DNA of 64,000 nucleotides, taken from Thermoproteota archaeon. GTDB taxonomy: Archaea; Thermoproteota; Methanomethylicia; Methanomethylicales; Methanomethylicaceae. The DNA is taken from NCBI GenBank assembly GCA_020832905.1, contig JAJHRG010000001.1, positions 360,617 to 424,616 of the forward strand. The letters are read 5' to 3'. Each line of letters begins with the position of its first letter. Within the stretch, counting starts at the first letter, position 1. The position numbers were made by a program, and so were the translations under genes. Under the pieces are notes generated by a model, which searched no databases, was not told the DNA's origin, and saw nothing but the letters and a program-made list of their open reading frames with translations. Shown one piece after another: positions 60,415-64,000 of this stretch.

Positions 60415-61876
60415 TTATCTCACGTGATTTTAATTCCTTTATTTTACTTCTTATAATTTCATTTACAAGTTTTGGATCTCCTCTACCTCTTGTTTTCTTC
60501 ATTACTTGTCCTATAAGAAAGTTTATAGCATTTTCATTTACAAGTGCATCTTTTACAGCTTTTTCATTTTCTCTAAAAACTTCTTCTACTATTTTTCTTA
60601 TTAAATCTTCATCACTTATTCTAATCATATTTTTCTCCTTAACAATTTGTGAAGGCATTTTTCCTGTTTCTACTATTTCAGGCAAAATAATTTTTCCTAT
60701 TTTACCACTTATAATTCCATCTTTTATCATCTTTAGCATTTCAACCATTGCTATTGGTGTAATTTTACTTTCTTGAATTTCTAAACCTCTATTATTTAAA
60801 ACACCCAGAAGATCACTTATTATCCAATTACTTATAGTCTTTGGTTCATTAAATAATTTTACACATTCCTCAAAAAAATCAGCAAGAGCTTTTTGTGAAA
60901 CTAAAATATTTGCATCATATTGTGGAATACCATATACTTTTGTAAATCTTTCTGCTCTTTCATCAGGTAATTCAGGCATTTTTAATTTTATACTCTCTAT
61001 AAGTTCTTGTGTTATATGAATTGGTGGTATGTCTGGTTCTGGAAAATATCTATAATCATATTCTTCTTCTTTTTCTCTTAAGGAAATTGTTACTTTTCTT
61101 ATTTCATCCCAATGTCTTGTTTCTCTTAATACTTTCTCTCCTTTATTTATTAAGTTCATTTGTCTTAATATTTCATAATTAAGTGCTCTTTCTACTTCTT
61201 TGAATGATGATATATTCTTTATTTCAACTCTTGCTTCTCCCTTTATAGAGATATTTGCATCACATCTCATAGCTCCTTCAAGACTTCCATCAAATATTCC
61301 TATATGTTCAAATACTGATCTTAATTTTTGTAGAAAAATTCTAGCTTCTTTTGGTGTAGAAATATCAGGCTCTGTTACTACTTCTAATAAAGCAATTCCT
61401 GCTCTATTATAATCTACAAGAGTACATGGTGATACATCTATAGGTCCTATATGAACTAATCTTGCTGGATCTTCTTCTAATTGAATACGTCTTATTCTTA
61501 TTCTCTTTATTCTTCCTTCATAACTTATATCTAAATATCCACCACTACAAATAGGAGGAGAATTTTTTGTCTCATACATAGAAATTTGAAAATTCTTATT
61601 CATATCAACATAAAAATAATTTTTTCTAGAAAATAGAACTCTTTCATTAATTTTACTTTTTAATGCTAAACCTGCCATTATTGCAAATTCAATTGCTTTT
61701 TTATTTGGTTTTGGAAGCGTACCAGGATGTCCTAAGCATATTACACATACATTAGAGTTTGGTGGTTTATTCCTATAATCTGAACTACAACTACAAAATA
61801 ATTTTGTTTTAAGATTTGTTAATTGACAATGAACTTCTAATCCAATTTTTATATCATTCATCATAATCTCTCCCAT
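60404..61876 (-). CDS. gatB: Asp-tRNA(Asn)/Glu-tRNA(Gln) amidotransferase subunit B
   Basis: 490 aa with N-terminal IGLEVHCQLTNLKTKLFCSC and conserved GatB regions. Confidence 0.9.
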   Translation of the reverse strand: MGEIMMNDIKIGLEVHCQLTNLKTKLFCSCSSDYRNKPPNSNVCVICLGHPGTLPKPNKKAIEFAIMAGLALKSKINERVLFSRKNYFYVDMNKNFQISMYETKNSPPICSGGYLDISYEGRIKRIRIRRIQLEEDPARLVHIGPIDVSPCTLVDYNRAGIALLEVVTEPDISTPKEARIFLQKLRSVFEHIGIFDGSLEGAMRCDANISIKGEARVEIKNISSFKEVERALNYEILRQMNLINKGEKVLRETRHWDEIRKVTISLREKEEEYDYRYFPEPDIPPIHITQELIESIKLKMPELPDERAERFTKVYGIPQYDANILVSQKALADFFEECVKLFNEPKTISNWIISDLLGVLNNRGLEIQESKITPIAMVEMLKMIKDGIISGKIGKIILPEIVETGKMPSQIVKEKNMIRISDEDLIRKIVEEVFRENEKAVKDALVNENAINFLIGQVMKKTRGRGDPKLVNEIIRSKIKELKSREINDK

Positions 61877-63282
61877 GTGCGTAAATTAAGTTCTTCTTCT
61901 AATTTTTTAGCTATACTAAGTATTTTACCTTCCATTAATGGAGGACCAATTATTTGTAATCCTACTGGTAATCCATTTGAAAATCCACATGGAATTGAAA
62001 TAGCAGGAAGACCTGCAAGATTTACTGGAATTGTATCAATATCAATCATATACATAGCAAGAGGATCATGAATTTTCTCTCCTATTTTAAATGCAGTTAT
62101 AGGCATAGTTGGTGTAATTAATACATCAAATTCCTTAAATGCTTTTTCAAAATCTCTTCTTATAAGTGTTCTAACTTTAAGTGCTTTAACATAATATTCT
62201 TCATAAAAACCAGCAGAAAGAGCAAATGCTCCTAAAATTATTCTTCTTTTAACTTCTTTTCCAAAAAGTTTTCTATTATAAGAAAAAGCAGTTGACCAAT
62301 CCATTTCTTCATTATCTATTCTAACACCATATCTTATACCATCATATCTTGCAAGATTAGAACTAGCCTCAGACATTGCAATTAAATAATAAGCAGGAAG
62401 TGCATATTTTACCATAGGAAGACTTATTTCTTCATATTTTACACCTAAATTCTCTAGTATGTGAATACTTCTCCAAACTTCTTTTATTACATTTTCATCA
62501 GTTCCTTCACCAAAGAATTCTTTTGGAATACCAACTTTCATACCCTTTATTTCCTTATCTAAATATTTTAAATAGTCCTCATGAGGTTTATTTATAGAAG
62601 TACCATCCATTTCATCATATCCAGCAATTATATTCAAAAGAAGTGCACAATCTCTTACATCTCTTGTCATAGGTCCTATTTGTTCAAGACTATTAGCAAA
62701 AGCAATAAGTCCAAATCTACTTACAAGTCCATATGTTGGTTTTAGACCTACAATTCCACAAAAACTAGCAGGACATCTTATTGAACCTCCAGTATCTGAA
62801 CCTAATGCAGCAACAGCTTCTTTCATAACAACAGCTATTGCACTTCCACCAGAAGAACCTCCTGGTACTCTTGTTTTATCCCAAGGATTTTTAGAAATGA
62901 AAAATGCACTATTTTCTGTTGAAGAACCCATGGCAAATTCATCCATATTTGTTTTTCCTATTATTACTGCTCCAGCTTCTTTTAATTTCTTTATAACAGT
63001 AGCATCATATGGTGGAATATAATTTTCAAGAATTCTTGAACCACATGTTGTTCTTAAACCTTTTGTACATATATTATCTTTTACTGCTATAGGTGCACCC
63101 TTAAGTATTCCCTTATTTTGCTTTTCATTTCTAACTTTTTCATTTACTGTAATATATGCTCTTACTTCTTCATCATACTTCTTTATTCTTTCAAAATATG
63201 CATCAATAACATCTTCCCAAATTATATCACCATTTTCTATACTATTTATAAGTTCAAATAAAGTCAAATCAACAATTCTCAA
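61861..63282 (-). CDS. gatA: Asp-tRNA(Asn)/Glu-tRNA(Gln) amidotransferase subunit A (amidase)
   Basis: 473 aa with the amidase signature GGSSGGSAIAV...GSDTGGSIRCPA. Confidence 0.9.
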   Translation of the reverse strand: MRIVDLTLFELINSIENGDIIWEDVIDAYFERIKKYDEEVRAYITVNEKVRNEKQNKGILKGAPIAVKDNICTKGLRTTCGSRILENYIPPYDATVIKKLKEAGAVIIGKTNMDEFAMGSSTENSAFFISKNPWDKTRVPGGSSGGSAIAVVMKEAVAALGSDTGGSIRCPASFCGIVGLKPTYGLVSRFGLIAFANSLEQIGPMTRDVRDCALLLNIIAGYDEMDGTSINKPHEDYLKYLDKEIKGMKVGIPKEFFGEGTDENVIKEVWRSIHILENLGVKYEEISLPMVKYALPAYYLIAMSEASSNLARYDGIRYGVRIDNEEMDWSTAFSYNRKLFGKEVKRRIILGAFALSAGFYEEYYVKALKVRTLIRRDFEKAFKEFDVLITPTMPITAFKIGEKIHDPLAMYMIDIDTIPVNLAGLPAISIPCGFSNGLPVGLQIIGPPLMEGKILSIAKKLEEELNLRTWERL

Positions 63283-63291
63283 TTTTTCACC

Positions 63292-63597
63292 TCAAAAAAT
63301 TTTTGGTGCTACAAAATATCCATCTTTTACTTTTTTAGCCGTAAAAAGTGCTTCTTCTTGACTAAGAGAAGGTTTTACTTCATCTTCTCTAAATACATTT
63401 ACCATTTCAATAACATGATATGTTGGTTCTACATTTTCTAAAGGTAATTCATCAATTACTTTAAATGCTTCTAATATTTTATTTAACTGATTTAAAAACT
63501 CTTCTTTTTCATTTTCTTCTAATTCTATTTTAACAAGTTGAGCAAGTTTTTCTAATCTTTCTTTAGAAATAATCTTAGGTTTTTCCATAATACTCAC
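63292..63597 (-). CDS. gatC: Asp-tRNA(Asn)/Glu-tRNA(Gln) amidotransferase subunit C
   Basis: 101 aa, located immediately upstream of gatA, with GatC-like charge and helix pattern. Confidence 0.7.
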   Translation of the reverse strand: MSIMEKPKIISKERLEKLAQLVKIELEENEKEEFLNQLNKILEAFKVIDELPLENVEPTYHVIEMVNVFREDEVKPSLSQEEALFTAKKVKDGYFVAPKIF

Positions 63598-63652
63598 TTT
63601 GTAAACAATACTAAGCGAATATTATAAAAATAAGTCTTAATATTTTAATCTT

Positions 63653-64000
63653 ATGCAAGAAGAAACTTTAGTATTAAAAGTAGCAGAAGCAAGACCACAA
63701 GATGTTGGTAGAAGAATAGCTAGAATAAGCCGTCAAAATATGTTAAAACTTAATTTAAAACCTGGTGATTTTATTTCTATCACTGGACAACGTACTACAG
63801 TTGCTCGTGTTTGGCCTCTTCCTAGTGATGAGGATTCTGATATAATAAGAATAGATGGTATTATTCGTCATAATGCTGGAACAACAATAGGTGATGCTGT
63901 AAAAATAAAGGCTATTGAACTAAGTTCTGCTTCAAAATTAATTTTAGCCCCCATAGAGAAAATTTCATTTAGTTCAGATTTTAGTGAATATGTAAAATCT
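63653..64000 (+). CDS. Cdc48/VCP-like AAA+ ATPase, N-terminal domain (truncated by the window end)
   Basis: Manual translation from the ATG at 63653 gives MQEETLVLKVAEARPQDVGRRIARISRQNMLKLNLKPGDFISITGQRTTVARVWPLP...IRIDGIIRHNAGTTIGD, a typical CDC48 N-domain double-psi barrel. Confidence 0.75.
   Translation, partial: MQEETLVLKVAEARPQDVGRRIARISRQNMLKLNLKPGDFISITGQRTTVARVWPLPSDEDSDIIRIDGIIRHNAGTTIGDAVKIKAIELSSASKLILAPIEKISFSSDFSEYVKS

Noticed and set aside
60378-60776. A 132-aa plus-strand ORF.
   Set aside because: It is antisense to gatB and the ATP-grasp gene. Its repetitive hydrophobic translation is typical of AT-rich antisense frames.

Overview
The window is a gene-dense, AT-rich (about 30% GC by eye) archaeal chromosomal segment. 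The archaeal assignment rests on Alba, an Sm-like protein, ribosomal protein S30e, an archaeal-type SAM synthetase, type-II GAPDH, an A1AO ATP synthase, a Cdc48 N-domain and an NFACT/Rqc2 homolog. I found no tRNA or rRNA genes, CRISPR arrays, integrases, transposases or obvious toxin-antitoxin or defence genes, so this reads as core energy and central metabolism rather than a mobile island.

Two things stand out.

1. A single 835-aa ORF (35275-37782) fuses a full-length tungsten-type aldehyde:ferredoxin oxidoreductase to a full-length 3-hexulose-6-phosphate synthase (HPS/HxlA). This looks like a formaldehyde-channelling bifunctional enzyme for the reverse ribulose-monophosphate route. I am not aware of this fusion having been described.

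2. A roughly 16.5-kb co-directional, translationally coupled gene string (4938-21502) joins three modules:
- an Mrp-antiporter-like membrane module;
- three poly/ferredoxins carrying 16 Cys4 cluster motifs, plus a group-4 [NiFe] hydrogenase small and large subunit and a NuoH-like subunit, in an Eha/Ehb-like architecture with no NuoC-like subunit;
- directly downstream, the A-type ATP synthase genes F-E-A-B-D-K-I, with atpC and atpH on the opposite strand behind a TrmI tRNA methyltransferase gene.

Smaller observations:
- an unannotated S30e gene;
- a GC-rich, hairpin-rich intergenic island upstream of a TRAM-domain gene, which is a candidate small RNA or leader;
- three tandem CBS-domain genes followed by a Mut7-C RNase and an AMMECR1 gene;
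- a DUF460-like double RNase-H-fold coiled-coil protein divergent from an ArsR regulator;
- a tandem pair of paralogous unknowns;
- a glycolytic cluster with a cupin-type PGI;
- a gatCAB-(ADP-forming ACS beta-like)-pfkB operon.

All calls rest on reading motifs in the supplied translations. No database searches were run.
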